From: Eutreptiella sp. 'Long Island Sound 2002'
Taxonomy: Eukaryota; Protista; Euglenida
Assembly: GCA_964036045.1 (NCBI GenBank)
Contig: OZ038378.1
Location: 181,226,001 to 181,290,000, forward strand
Direction of reading: 5' to 3'
DNA: 64,000 nt
Shown here: positions 13,402-25,722 of the stretch, piece by piece
How positions within the stretch are numbered: the first letter of the stretch is position 1
Layout: each line of letters begins with the position of its first letter
Program-made: the position numbers and the translations under genes
The notes under the pieces: model-generated
What the model saw: only the letters and a program-made list of their open reading frames with translations
Told to the model about the DNA's origin: nothing
Databases searched by the model: none

Positions 13402-13608
13402 GGGGAGGGGGGCTATTTTGGGGGTGGAAAATTCAAAAAACTATGTTTCAAAGAAAATTGGGACAGTGGGAGAGCTGTGTGAGGGCAAAATTGTGAAAAA
13501 AAATGGGTACGACATCACTGTTGATGGGATCGTACCAAGAGTGGTAAAAAAAAATAGCCATTTTACCCCTAAAAATAGCCCATCCCTACCTATAGCCCCC
13601 CCCCCCCC
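13402..13608. mobile_element. Small G/C-capped inverted-repeat element
   Basis: Left ggggaggggggctatt versus right tatagccccccccccccc. Inner ggctattttgggggt versus acccctaaaaatagcc. No clear TSD. Confidence 0.35.
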
Positions 13609-14426
13609 ATACCATGGAAGTTGGAAACATTCCCCTTCCTTTTGCTCATTTTCATCATACACAGTCACTTTTTAGGGGGTGAATACTCCCTCACGTCACC
13701 AATTTTGTCCATAATGTGTCTATTTCTAGCAAACTGCGTAGGATGATGTCATGCCCTATTTTTCGCCCTTCCAACCCCTTACTAGGCCCAAAACCTACCC
13801 CTACCCATCTAAATACCTCCCAAAACACGTTTTGTTGAGGTCCCCACCCTTAAAATAGGGGGGTGGGGGTGTCCTTACTTCCACACATCGAAGCGAAACT
13901 TTGAAAAAAACACCCAAAAAGTGGCAAAAGCACAAAATTGGCACATTATGAATGAGGCTGAGAGATATGCGTTGCAGAAATGTAAAATGGGCACAAATTG
14001 ATAACACACATTGTGCAAAATGTAATACACACTGTGGAAAATGTAAAACACGCTGTACAAAAAATAATGTGTTTGTGCAATTCATATTCCATTTTGTACA
14101 ACACATGGTATTTTTTGGACAACAAGTATTGATTTTCTACAACATGTGGTGCAATTTCTGCAGCGCATATTGCGGTCTCTCAAATAATTTTGCAAAATGG
14201 ACACCGAAGAAAATGTAATGTGCGTCAGTCAAAAATGCATTTTGCGCTGCAGAAAGTGTAATGCATGTTGTAGAAATTGTCATATTCCTTGTCACTGCAT
14301 ATTCCATTTTGTGCAATGCACAGTAAATTTTCCACAGCACACGTCACATTTTCTACAGCGTGCAGTAAATTTTCTACTGCGCATATCACACTACAACATG
14401 TGCTGCATTTTCCACAACGTACATTA

Positions 14427-14824
14427 CTGGCAAGGTAAAAAACAATCGGGAATAAATTAAGGGTGGGAAAAATTAAGCGAGGGAAAATTAATGAACATTT
14501 GCCTGTCCAACCATCCACAGCCTTTCTGTTGTAATGGAGCGATTTGTTGTCGCGATGGCCGCAGAAGAGTATCACCATTATACGGCAACGTGTTTATGAG
14601 CACATTCTTCGTGCCCTGTCTGGGCTCTCCGGTAATGCTAGTGTGCATGGTTTTGAACAGGTTGGCTGGGTTCAGTTTATCTGCAGCGCTCCCCCTCCCA
14701 CCCCTTGCTTATGAGAAGTTGTTGGCTGGTCGCAGTGTCACAGAACAAGAATTAAGCGGGGGAACATTGTTCAACATTTCACCCCGCAGATTAATTGTTC
14801 CCCGATTAATTTTTACCTGGCCAG
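14427..14824. mobile_element. 398-bp MITE, ~34-bp TIR, TA TSD (Tc1/mariner-like)
   Basis: Left TA|ctggcaaggtaaaaaacaatcgggaataaattaa. Reverse complement of right end is ctggccaggtaaaaattaatcggggaacaattaa, followed by TA at 14825-14826. Confidence 0.75.
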
Positions 14825-17800
14825 TACATTTTCCAAAACACAAGTTACACTTTTGCATTTTCTACAGCGTGTGTTGCACAAAGTGGAATACTTGTTGTGG
14901 GAAACGAAATATGTGCGGCAGAAAATGTAATACACGTTGTGGAAAATGCAATACGTGTTGCAGAAAATGTGGTGCACGTTGTAGAGTATGTGACATGCGC
15001 TGTGTAAAATGTAATGTGCAATATACAGAGTGCACAATGAATTGTGCAAAATATCATGTGTGTTCTACACAACGCAATATGCACTGCGGAAAAATACAGG
15101 TTGTACAAAATGCAATGCGCAATGTAGAAAATGTAATGTGCAGTGTGAAACATGTAATGTGTGTTGTAGAAAATGTGACACACACTGTACAACAGGTAAT
15201 ACTCGTTGGAAAAAGCGTAATATGCGGTGCAGAAAATGTAATCCACACTTTCTATGTGTTTTGTGAATAATTGTTTTCGACAATGTTCCAATACTGCATT
15301 TTCAATGTTGCATTTTCTACGACATATGTTGAAATTCTTCATTGCAAGTCACAATGTCCACACATGGGTTCGTACAGACACCTTACTAGTGCTGGTGGTA
15401 GATTAGCACAACTGCCACTGCTGGGGCGCCTGCAGACACGTGCAGAGTCAGCTTTAAATGAAGACACGGTGCAGCCCAGGGAGTTCAGGTTTTCATGATA
15501 GCCGCTGTGGGGCTCTGCGCAGGGGCAAGTACACAGCAATGACAGAGTCCAGGGAAAAGATTGGAACGCACCTGTTCCGGGGTGTGTCTTTGGTGGTTGG
15601 GCAAGGGCTTTCCTCACAAGGCCATGAACATCTGGCTGTACGCTGAAGGGAAAAGGAATGCACTACCAGGTCGAATAATTCAAGATACGGGGTCCCACAA
15701 CATTATGGTAATGCAACATGTGCAACATGTGCGAAATGCGCCGTGCCCTGTATTTCCAGACTGCGTCCCCATAGGTCATTGATGTACAGGGGTTGCTACA
15801 CACCGCGCAATCCTGGTCCATGCGCCACGCATACACTACGCCAGAGTATCCTGGGTGCCTGGCTAACTTCCAACACAGTCCAATATGAGCATGTGGGCCA
15901 TCGCGGTTGTCATGGTCATGAAACTTCCTTTTACTTTTGGCTGTGTGTCTTGGCAATCCTCACCTTCCAAGGGGCCAGCTCATGACCTTGCCTCATGTGC
16001 CATATTATGAGAGCTTGAGCGCCTGCCTAATGAGACATCAAACCCAGCGATCAGATATCAGATAGGTTTCCCCCAACGCACAAACACAATGATTGTAGTG
16101 TATCGAACGCCGTCCATACTACATATTGGCTCCTCGCTCCAAAAAAATTCTCCTGCAGTTACAGATACTGTCATACTGTGATCCAAATGCCGTCCCTCCC
16201 CCATGCCATGCACGTCAGGCAGGAAAAGTTTAGACACTCAGTTTACTGGTTGGCCACTAACTGCCGGGGGTTGACGGCTGTTGGCAGATGCGCTCCCGAC
16301 CATTCCGATTCTGTCCGTTCCGTCAGAAAGTGCCCACTGCAAAGTAGCACAGCACAGCACTCAATCGGTTGCCCAAAGTTGTTTGCCTAAGGTTGCCCTT
16401 GCCTCTGGCACAAAACCCAGTTGCAGCTGATACGCCAAGAGATCAGGTACATAGAGGCACAGAAGCTGGACCTGATCAACATGCAAAATGCATTGCAAAA
16501 TACAGCATGCAAACGCACGAAAGCACAGGCTTTTAAAATGTGGGCCAGGACCAAAACCCAGAATAGCGCCAGTCAGGGCCTTTTAGACCAAGAAAGACGG
16601 GGGGCCACCCAACATGCCCAGCCACAGCGATGCTCCCCCCGCAGAGACCATCATTTCAAATTGTGCACTGCCGGATGGCAGAAGATCAAATTCCACGTTT
16701 CCCATCTTCACAAAAGGGAAAACAAGAATCCCAACTACCTACCATGTTTGCAACAACACCACCGCAACAAATTTCTCATACAACTGAAATATGAATCTCT
16801 TTGGTCGTGCGCTGTAGACCGTGTGTAGCGGATCGACCTGGCAAATGCCATCCCAATTTCACTTGCAATTATAGTGGGTGCACTGGAAATGCCATTTGCT
16901 ACCACCTTTGTACACGGCATGTGGTGGCATACATCCCAACGGCCAGCCAAGTACGCTCTCATACTGTTGCAGAAGCATGGCAAATTCAAAAAAAAAAATG
17001 CCCTTGGTGTATGTGCGAAATCATTTGAGAACTAAAAGTTGTTCCAAGAACTCTGTCTTGTGTTTGCCAAGCACACCGTGAGGGCTGTGGATCAGAATCT
17101 CTATTGCCTGGGAGTTTCCTTTAGGCGGAAGACTTCACGACTCATTTCCCCCCTCAATTTTTGGTGTACCATACCTGCCTTCTATCTGAGGCATGGCCCT
17201 CATTGTACACCTATATCCTGATACTGCACCCATCAACCCGCTACTAGCCCTAGAGCCCCCTATTCAGCCCCCCCTCCCCCACTGGAATGGTGACGTGTGG
17301 TCTGTCATGCCTGTGATAGTGTTGACACTGTCTGCACGACAAGTGGCACATGCAAGCGCACAAGGAGGAGAAAAAGCCAAGCAGACAATCAAATCAAAGT
17401 ATCATAGATTGGGAGTGGCATGACAAGTACGGGATTGTTCAAGGTGTGTTGCAGCTGAGCGTACACATGGCCATGCTACACACTCAAGCTCAACACTAGC
17501 ACCCCAAAGGGTTGGTTGGGTAGCCCTGTAAGATACAGTGTGATATCCTCCCATGTCCACGACAGGGACAAATACACCAAGGACACAATAACAACAACCA
17601 AAGCCAATAGCGGAAAACTATGGTGGGTAGTTTCACACGCAAGCATGCCACAGGTGAGCTGCAAGGAGAGCCTCACATGCCGCGGGCACGGCAAGCTGGG
17701 AAGGATTGAACCTACAATAAGAAGCAAAATCCAGGATTAAATAGCCATTTGGGGTACTTGTTCATGAAAATGGTACATAGGGCCGTGATCACATTACAAC

Positions 17801-20554
17801 ATTTGCTCTAAGTGCGAGGTTCTCAGCAACATGCAACAAACCACAGTTCATAGAGCTGCCCTGGTGCTGATGGAGTAGATAGAATGCAAACTTCGGCTTG
17901 ACCTACTCCTTCTAGTTAGATGAGCACGCCAAAAATTGTTACCCAAACCGGGGGTGCACATGGAGCCCACAAAATCACTCTCTACAATAGAGAGACTGCA
18001 GCATTGGCTCAATGTGCAAAGTGTGGCACATCCCTTCTACTAGCTGACTTATTCCAAAGGTGCCACAAGGAAATACCTCCCTACGGCAAGAGAGGCAATT
18101 TGTAGCAACCGATGCCCAAAGAAATGGCACAAAACCAGCTGTGCTCACTGCTGGAGAAGCAGGGTGCCAATTTGTGGTCACTTTAGGGTGTAAAATCCAA
18201 CATCACATGACTTGCATCATGTGACGCCCGTTGCTCTGGGTGCGAAATAATAATACTTGGTGGCATTTGTGGGATCTTCAAAGGGGATCTGCTGCTTGCC
18301 AGTGGGGCTGGAAGAGCTATGCATAAACATGATGTCTGTAGGACATGAAAAATAAAAACGGGTACCCATGCGGTCCCATCCCTAGTGCCCTAAAATGACC
18401 AATCTTGCTTGCATGCCTAACCACCTAAATCTTCATGCTCCCCCATAATTAAGTCATCCACCTATTCATGTCACCACACATATTTATATCATCCCCCATA
18501 CTTATGGCATTCCCCATCATTATATCAGCCCCATATTCACACCATGCCCTATATTCACGCTCCAAGTAATTGTATCATCCTAACCCTCCACCATAGGCCA
18601 CCCCCCACATTTATGCAAATGCCATCTTAACCAACCCTCACTGCCCACCCTCTTCAACATCAGTTCGACACCAAAACCAGCCGCCCTGAGAACCAGGATA
18701 TTTTGAGGGGATTCAGTGCACTACGACTACAACGTTGTTCTCTCCCACCCATACCTATTTCCTTGGAAACTGATATTTTGTGATGGTGGCCAAGGATAGA
18801 AATGTTCGTCTTGAGGGTGGAAATTACTTCTATTCCTTTGCTGTTCTGTGGCATGGATCTTGACATGCTAGCAGAGGACTCATTCAAGGAGGTCCGATTG
18901 TGGTAGGTTGCAGTGGAATGGATACACGTAGCCCTCCACCAGTGTTGTTGAGCATGCAAACCCGGTACCTTTACACAATCATATACCCGTGCTACGCGAT
19001 AATTCAACCCGCAATGTTCATGCCATCCCCTATAGTCATGCCCCCTCCCGTCTCTATGCCGCCCCCCTTCTTCATGTCATATCACATATTTAATCAGCAC
19101 CATACAGCACCCAATTTTATGCAGACCCTTAATTTTAACTTCATCCCCCATGTTTATTCCAACCCTACGTTGATGCCACAACCGAAGTCATCTCCCCATG
19201 GAGTGAGGCACCGTCAAATTATTTGCGGCAACCCCCTACTGGGAGCAATACCAAAGCAGTGGACACCAAGTATGGAACACTACTACTTCAGGGTCACAAA
19301 CCAGCTCCTCAAGTGCTTGCACTGGCAGTGGTAGTGCTTCTGCTGCAAGGCGGCATGCCCCCAGGGGAGAGCAGCATATCAGAATAATCCTGCTGCCCCC
19401 TCCCCCCAAGTCAGCAGAATTGTAAGTTCTCTTCCAACACGATTCTGATAAACGAGGCTTGGTGTTCCCTCAGCACATTATATCATAAACAAGCCGTATA
19501 AGACGACGGCACAAATGCAATAATGAACAAATGCAAAAACAATGGCGACATTCAGTGGCGAGGATAAGGGCATGGCTGGGATGAGGCGCTGCCAGGAGCA
19601 TCTTGCCAATGCTCCACGCAGCCCAAGCGCCACTGGGATGTACCAAACAAACCAAAGCACGGGAGGTCATGGTCTGCTCACCACACGTTTGCGGCATTGG
19701 GTAGAAACAAACACTGCGACCACCAAACGCATGAGGGTCAGGTCATATACTGGAAACGCAGATTGCTACTCATTGTTGAGTCCTTCGCCAAAGGCGAGAG
19801 AGCTCCTCACAGTGCCGAAAAGTAAATGCAATTTGCAAGCTTCCCTCCTTGAAGGCAATTAATTCCCATGATCGACCCGTTCACAATTCCATGACGGCTG
19901 AAAACAGCATGCGCCCGTTTTGCCAAGTTTGCGTGGATTCTTGTGGACAATCTTGTGGAGAATATTTTGGTGCAATCCGTGTTGTGGTAACTCCATCCAT
20001 TCATGCTCAACCGTTTCGTGAGAAGCCATACTCCATGGCCATGGTGTGTGTTGTGCAGGCCCATCAAGTTCCCCATCCATCTGCCGCTAGTTCCCCATAC
20101 TGTTCCCCAAGAAAATGGGAAACCAGGAAAAATGGGGGGAAATAGGGGGGAATGGGGGATAATGGGGGAAATGGGGGTAATGGAGGGGGGGGGGGGGACA
20201 AGGGAAATTGAGGGAAATGGGGGAACAATCGGGGGAACAATAGGGGGAAGATTCCTTTGCCTGTTTGTCCCCCATTTCCCCCCACTTTTCCCCATTTTCC
20301 CCCATTTTCCCTCCCCTCGGAGGCCCATTAGTGAACCTCCTCCCCCAATCCACTCGCCAAAACTGGCATTTTTGGGCTTTTCACACTGAGCTATCCCCAT
20401 TTTTTCACAAAAACCAAAAAAAATCTCAACGCACCCCCCATTTTCCCCTGTTTTTCCTAAATTGGCAGATTTCGGAGACTATGTCCCGGCAAACTCCCAA
20501 TATGGGGATACTCATGGCCCTGGCTGTGTGTGTGGGTGGGTGGGTGGGTGTGCA

Positions 20555-20655
<101 letters not shown>

Positions 20656-20805
20656 AATGCCCCAATTCATTGAAACCCAAGCATGGCGTTTGCTATCGAG
20701 CAGCAGATCTAGAGCTCTGTGCGCACCGCAGAAAAATGCTCCGCGGACTGTGGGCTCTTGATCACTTGGGTTCCAGGTTAGCTCTTTCTTTGTACACCCG
20801 TTCGC

Positions 20806-21072
20806 TAACATACAGCCCACTCTGCAGCGTGATGCGGCTGTGTCATACAGCCCACTCTGCAACGTGATGCGGCTGTGTGTGTGTGTGTGTGTGTGCGCGC
20901 GCGCGCGTGGTGCGCGTGGTGCGCATGGCGGGTGTGGCGGGCGTGGCAGGCGTGGCGGGCGTGGCGGACGTGGCGGGCGTGGCGGGGCGTGTGCGTGCGC
21001 GTGCGTGCGCGTGCGCATGCGCGTGCGCGTGTGCATGCGTGTGCGCGTGTGCGTGTGTGTGTGTGTGTGTGT
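20806..21072. repeat. 35-bp tandem duplication plus compound (GT)/(GC)/(GGCGTGGCG)/(GCGT) microsatellite
   Basis: atacagcccactctgca(g/a)cgtgatgcggctgtgt x2, then ~200 bp of mostly alternating purine-pyrimidine sequence. Confidence 0.9.
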
Positions 21073-23670
21073 AGCTATAAGCTTCTGGTGATCTGGGGAG
21101 AGGTGTGGATCCTGGACTGGGACAAAATTGGGGCGTTTCCGAAACTGCAGATGCGAAATCTGAGTGCCCTAATGCGTATAGTAGAGAGCGAAGGAGACAT
21201 AGCGGTTTGGGACTGTCAAGAGCAGATGGATCAGTTCTATCGGCGTCAAGAACTGTACCCGATCACCCAGTTCGGCCTGGGAGAGCCATATCAAGCAGAG
21301 GATGGGGCGCTTGAGGGTGACTCCGCAGCGCCCGCAATTTATCAAACAGCCAGCGCAGTGCGCACAGCGTGCACCACGGCGGAGGGAGCAACGCGGTTTT
21401 CGCATGGCGACAAGCAGGTGGTAGTGAGTGAGCTGGTGTTTAGCGACGACAGGAGAATTTTTCATCACGATCTACACAAATTCGAGAAATGGGTAGAGAA
21501 CAGGATCGTCGCCACCAAGGCAGCAGGAGGTATCGTGAACCCCACCAAGTTGGAGCTTTTTCACGCCATGCAGTGCGACGGCACGGTGGAGTTGAGAACT
21601 TCGGAGGCCTGTGTGGGCATCATGATGCAGGCCAGTGAGGAACCGCCGACTTGCATAGGTGTCCTGCTGTTCCCGGGGCACAAGCTAGTTCGTTGGCTTG
21701 AGGAGACAGAGAGGAGATGGTCCCGAATAATGGTACAGATGGGTAAGTCCACATTCCTGCCCCTCAAGAAGATTCGAATTGTGTTGTCGTTTATGATATC
21801 TCGTTTCGATTACGTGGCGTCATCGTTTCTGTTTGAGGGAGAATGGATTGTAAACCTGCAGCGATGGGCTGTGTCGGCCTTCTGTGACATCTGCGGGCTG
21901 AGCAAGAGGACAGCCAGGTTGTTTTTGTATTTGCCGGTGCAATTAGGAGGGGCTGGATGTTCATGCTTGGAGCTTAGGGCGCACCTTCAATATCTGCATA
22001 CCGTCATGGGGCTGTCATTCGGCAGAAGCGGTTTGCGCAGGATGGTAACGTCAAAGCTGTTTCTGGAGGACATAGAAGGAGCAGACGTAGAGAGTACACG
22101 GCGAGTGCTACAGCAATACGGAATTTCTGTCCTGCGGCAGCGGGGACAATCCTTGGAGAGATGAATTCCCAAGATTCCGGCAACGGACGAACCTTGGCTA
22201 TTGGTCAGTGACGGGGGGTTGCGTGGTCAGGAGGCAGGGATTGGAGTGATGCTGGCGCAAGGTATGGAGGTCCGTCAGATCACTGGATACGGGATGTGCG
22301 TGCATGCAGGAGACTCCACAGTCATGGAATGGATTGCCAAAGGAATGGTTCTATTGCTATCATCGGGGTTGGCAGGGCGGAAGATGTTGGGGGCGGACTC
22401 AGCAGCAGGGGCGTTCACAGGACAGCGTCTTCCCCACTTTGGCACCTGAGTGGATGACCTCGCGCGGCGAGCCCTGCACACAGTGGATTTGAAGAGCTAC
22501 CGGGAGTGCTGGATGGAGGCGCAACATGACAGTGGGGCCAAGACGTTTCTTGCACACTGCAATCGGCTGGCGGACGAAGCGGCCCCTGAACATTTGCTTG
22601 AGGCCCGGCCCCGCAACTTTTTTCTCCCGCAGGAGTACGTGCCAGGCGCGGTCTTCCATGTCAATGGGAAAGTGGTGGTGAATCTCTCGGCCAGTCTTGA
22701 CAAGATCTACGACGACATGTTGCAGCCGAAGGTGGTACACGGTCTCAAGGGATGGGATGAGCGGTGGACGCAGTACGATCAGGTATCTGGTCTGAAGGAT
22801 GGCTCCCTCGGCACCAAAAGTCTGCGAAGGCTTATGCTCCTACGAGTGTTGGGGACTCAGCAAGAACGGGAGGGGATGGGGAAACCGTGTATGTGGTGTG
22901 AGCGGTCAGATTCCTTGCAGGCGTCCCATCTTCGTCATCACTACCCTGTTTTTTATGCTCGATGGGTGCGCATCACGGCCCTCTTAGCCCAGAGTTTCGA
23001 GAAGAATTGTGGTGCAGTGGTGAGGCGGCATAGTGATCTGGAGGTCTAGCTGTATCAAGGGAGCAGACTAGTATGGTTGGCCGTGGTATCCGACGGGGAG
23101 CTTGAGGAGTACTTGGAGAAGAGGTTGGGAAGTCAAGTAGTGCTGTTCAGCTGGTCTAGAAGATTTAATACATCACGACCCTGGAAAACAAATTGGGCTG
23201 GATCGCCAGTCCCGCTGGCTCCCTTATTCGAGGCCTGGGATGACAGCACACCGGTGGTCCTAAATGATGTCTTACGGGTACTGCACAGGGCGGAAGGAGC
23301 CTCGGACCACGGCAATCACCCGAGTGCCATCTATACTAGTAATCTTTCAGTGCCGTTGTCAACGTCAGTATTGATCTCTTGGTTGGTGCAGGGCTGCTTG
23401 AACTGGGAGGCGAGGATATCAGGACCCTTGTTTGTGGATCTACCAGTGTGGATGGGAGACCAGCAGGATGAAGCGGTGGTCATACATGCTTGCGCCGAGG
23501 CTGAAGTGGGCAATTACCACGTGTACAACGTCTGGGTGCGGGTCGACCCTCCTCCGGGCCAGGACGTGACGCATTTTAATTTTTCAATTCCTGTGGCGTG
23601 GACCGTGGGCTTGCCCTGGGGGCTATCTGGACCCCTTCGCCGGGAGCTAGATCAGTGCATTTTGCCCTGA
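21071..23670 (+). mobile_element. 5'-truncated non-LTR retrotransposon ORF: RT - RNase H - Zn finger - C-terminal domain; three in-frame stops
   Basis: RT motifs ILDWDKIGAF, GALEGDSAAP, VFSDD and GGIVNPTK. RNase H motifs LVSDGG...MEW...GADS...VDDLA. Zn-like CMWC-x10-HLRHH. ORFs 20875, 22201, 22450 and 23077 share one frame, separated by TGA 22162, TGA 22447 and TAG 23047. AT-rich tail after 23670. Confidence 0.85.
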
Positions 23671-24451
23671 GCAGGTCTGTATTTATTTATATTGTTTTGA
23701 TTTATTAGACATCCGGCACTGCCACTCACGTATCCCACAGTCACAAACGTGAGAGGGACTGTGTATCCTGTAGAAGAGCAATTCATTTTCAGCCAAACAG
23801 TAGCAATGGCAGAGCCAGTGCAGCATCAGTGCGTGGGCAGCATGCGAGTTCTTCAACACGATGCATCCACTCATTCACAGCATACATATATTGGCTGGAC
23901 CGCGAGACAGCCCCCATATTCACCGCAAATGTGCACTGCCGGTGCCAGTGCCAGTGCCAATGCCAGTGCTCTAGCTCTTGGAGCGGACGCCAGTGCTAGT
24001 GCTAGCACAAGTGCCCGTACCAATTTATTTCCCAAAAAAAATTTAATACAGCAACAAGAAACCCTGAAGACACTCAGAGACACGAATCTTTCCACCGAAT
24101 TGTACTGTGCAGGGTGTTGGAGGAGGTATGAATGCACCTGAGTTGCGAAGGTGAAACACGGAGGGGGGGGGTCCAGCACAGGATGCAACCAGCCCGTGCT
24201 ACAGCGGGGCTACTTCGGTCGGGAATCAGACGTACATGTTAATGGGGGGGGGGGGTACCCGTGGAGGAAGGGGGCGGCGAGGGCCTCACGGCAGTTGGTA
24301 GTACCACAGCCGGGCCCTAAGCTCCCTGGGCAGGAGAAGGGTTGACTGTGTCAACTCCCAGGCAATCTCCAAACAACCAATGACATACGGTGCGGGGGAC
24401 ATAAGCCTTGTAGGCCTGTGCGCAGCCGTGCCAAAAGCATGAAGCATGAAG

Positions 24452-24593
24452 TATGTGTGTGTGTGTGTGGGTGGGTGGGTGCGTGGGTGGGTGGGTGGGT
24501 GGGTGCGTGGGTGGGTGGGTGCGTGCGTGCGTGCGTGCGTGCGTGTGTGCGTGTGTGCGTGCGTGTGTGTGTGTGTGTGTGTGCGTGCGTGCA

Positions 24594-24650
<57 letters not shown>
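24452..24650. repeat. Compound (GT)/(GGGT)/(GCGT) microsatellite
   Basis: Direct reading. Confidence 0.95.
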
Positions 24651-24652
<2 letters not shown>

Positions 24653-25239
24653 CGAAGGGATATAGAGGGAAGGGCCTGCTTCATGCCTCAGCTGTGCATG
24701 CGTGCACTCCCAGAGGTCGTCCCTGATGTTCCAGGCCTTATGACTGGCAGAGGGAGCAGTTCGGCACTTCGGCATCAAGGTTTGGAGTGAGGTCAGCATG
24801 AGGGTCAGGTGAAACTCAGCATCGGCCACTGTACCTGGGTCAAAACTTGACGTGTGGGTAAGAATCGTCATCAGTCTCAGGACCTGGGTCTGAAGGTGTT
24901 ATACGCAGTGCGCGGTCGCCCAGTCAGAATTATGGCTCAGACATGTGGATACAAACGTGCGTTTATGCGCACGGTTGCGCACGGCTGAGGCATAGTAAGT
25001 GCAGAGGACAGACCTGTGACCTGTGATGTGTGTAGCCATGCACTTCCTTGTCTTGACGGAAAAATTGGTGCTGGTGGAATTTCTATTTTCGGGGACGGCC
25101 TGGTAAAACACCTGCGTACAATCGCATACAGTTTGACTCATGAAGGACGCATGGTTGCGTATGCTTACTACCAACCGCTCTGCACAATTATTCACTGTCA
25201 ACCCTACTCCCTCTTTAACTTTAACCATATGTCTGTTAG

Positions 25240-25420
25240 GACTAGCAGTGATGTTGGTGCATCCGATGGAGGCAGCCTTTTAAAGCCCCAAGCGCACTGC
25301 GTGTGCTGCATGATGGTGGCCAAAGGCACGGTGTCTGAGGGTGACTACAGGGGGTTTGTGCATGTGGTGTGTTTGCTAGCTCAAGGGTCCTGGCAGTACG
25401 GCATTTTACGACCTTTTCGG
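25240..25420 (+). pseudogene. Possible degenerate retroelement RNase H fragment
   Basis: VGASDGGSLLKPQAHCVCCMMVAKG resembles LLVSDGGLRGQEAGIGVMLAQG at 22201. Confidence 0.25.
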
Positions 25421-25654
25421 CTAACTTCAGTGCTTTTATCTTTCAAATCCACCGAGAGGAAGTGGACCACTTGGGACTACCCCAGTGCTATTCAACAGAA
25501 GGGTCACACCGTCTCAACTGAGCCCAGGTGATAGCCCTGGACCAGGCTGGGAAGCCCAGAGGTATCCCTCCCCTAGCGGCTGGGATTCGAGCTGGAGCTG
25601 GACCCAGAGCCGGGGCCAGAACTGTAGCCAAAACCCATCCCCCCAGCAGGTGCA

Positions 25655-25722
25655 ATGAGGCTCAGCTGTCATAGCACATGGCGCCTGAACCAGAGGTCCC
25701 TGGTTCGAGCCCCAGATAGGGC
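25655..25722 (+). other. Degenerate tRNA-derived sequence (SINE-head-like)
   Basis: GCTCAG A-box-like and GGTTCGAGCC B-box-like motifs at tRNA spacing. 3' half resembles the tRNA-like sequence at 28488-28559. Stems imperfect. Confidence 0.4.

Larger units (their letters stand above)
12780..15340. repeat. AT-rich degenerate low-complexity arrays (tgtagaaaatgtaa / ttacattttccaca units) in alternating orientation
   Basis: Blocks at ~12780-13140, ~13930-14426 and ~14825-15340. They produce spurious Cys/Asn-rich ORFs. Confidence 0.7.

Noticed and set aside
14491-15342. Long Cys-rich ORFs on both strands
   Set aside because: Products of TGT/ACA-rich degenerate repeats spanning a MITE; no domain
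16421-16828. ORF LIRQEIRYIEAQKLDLINMQNAL as next PPDK exon
   Set aside because: No PPDK similarity in any frame compatible with the phase-1 donor; unassigned
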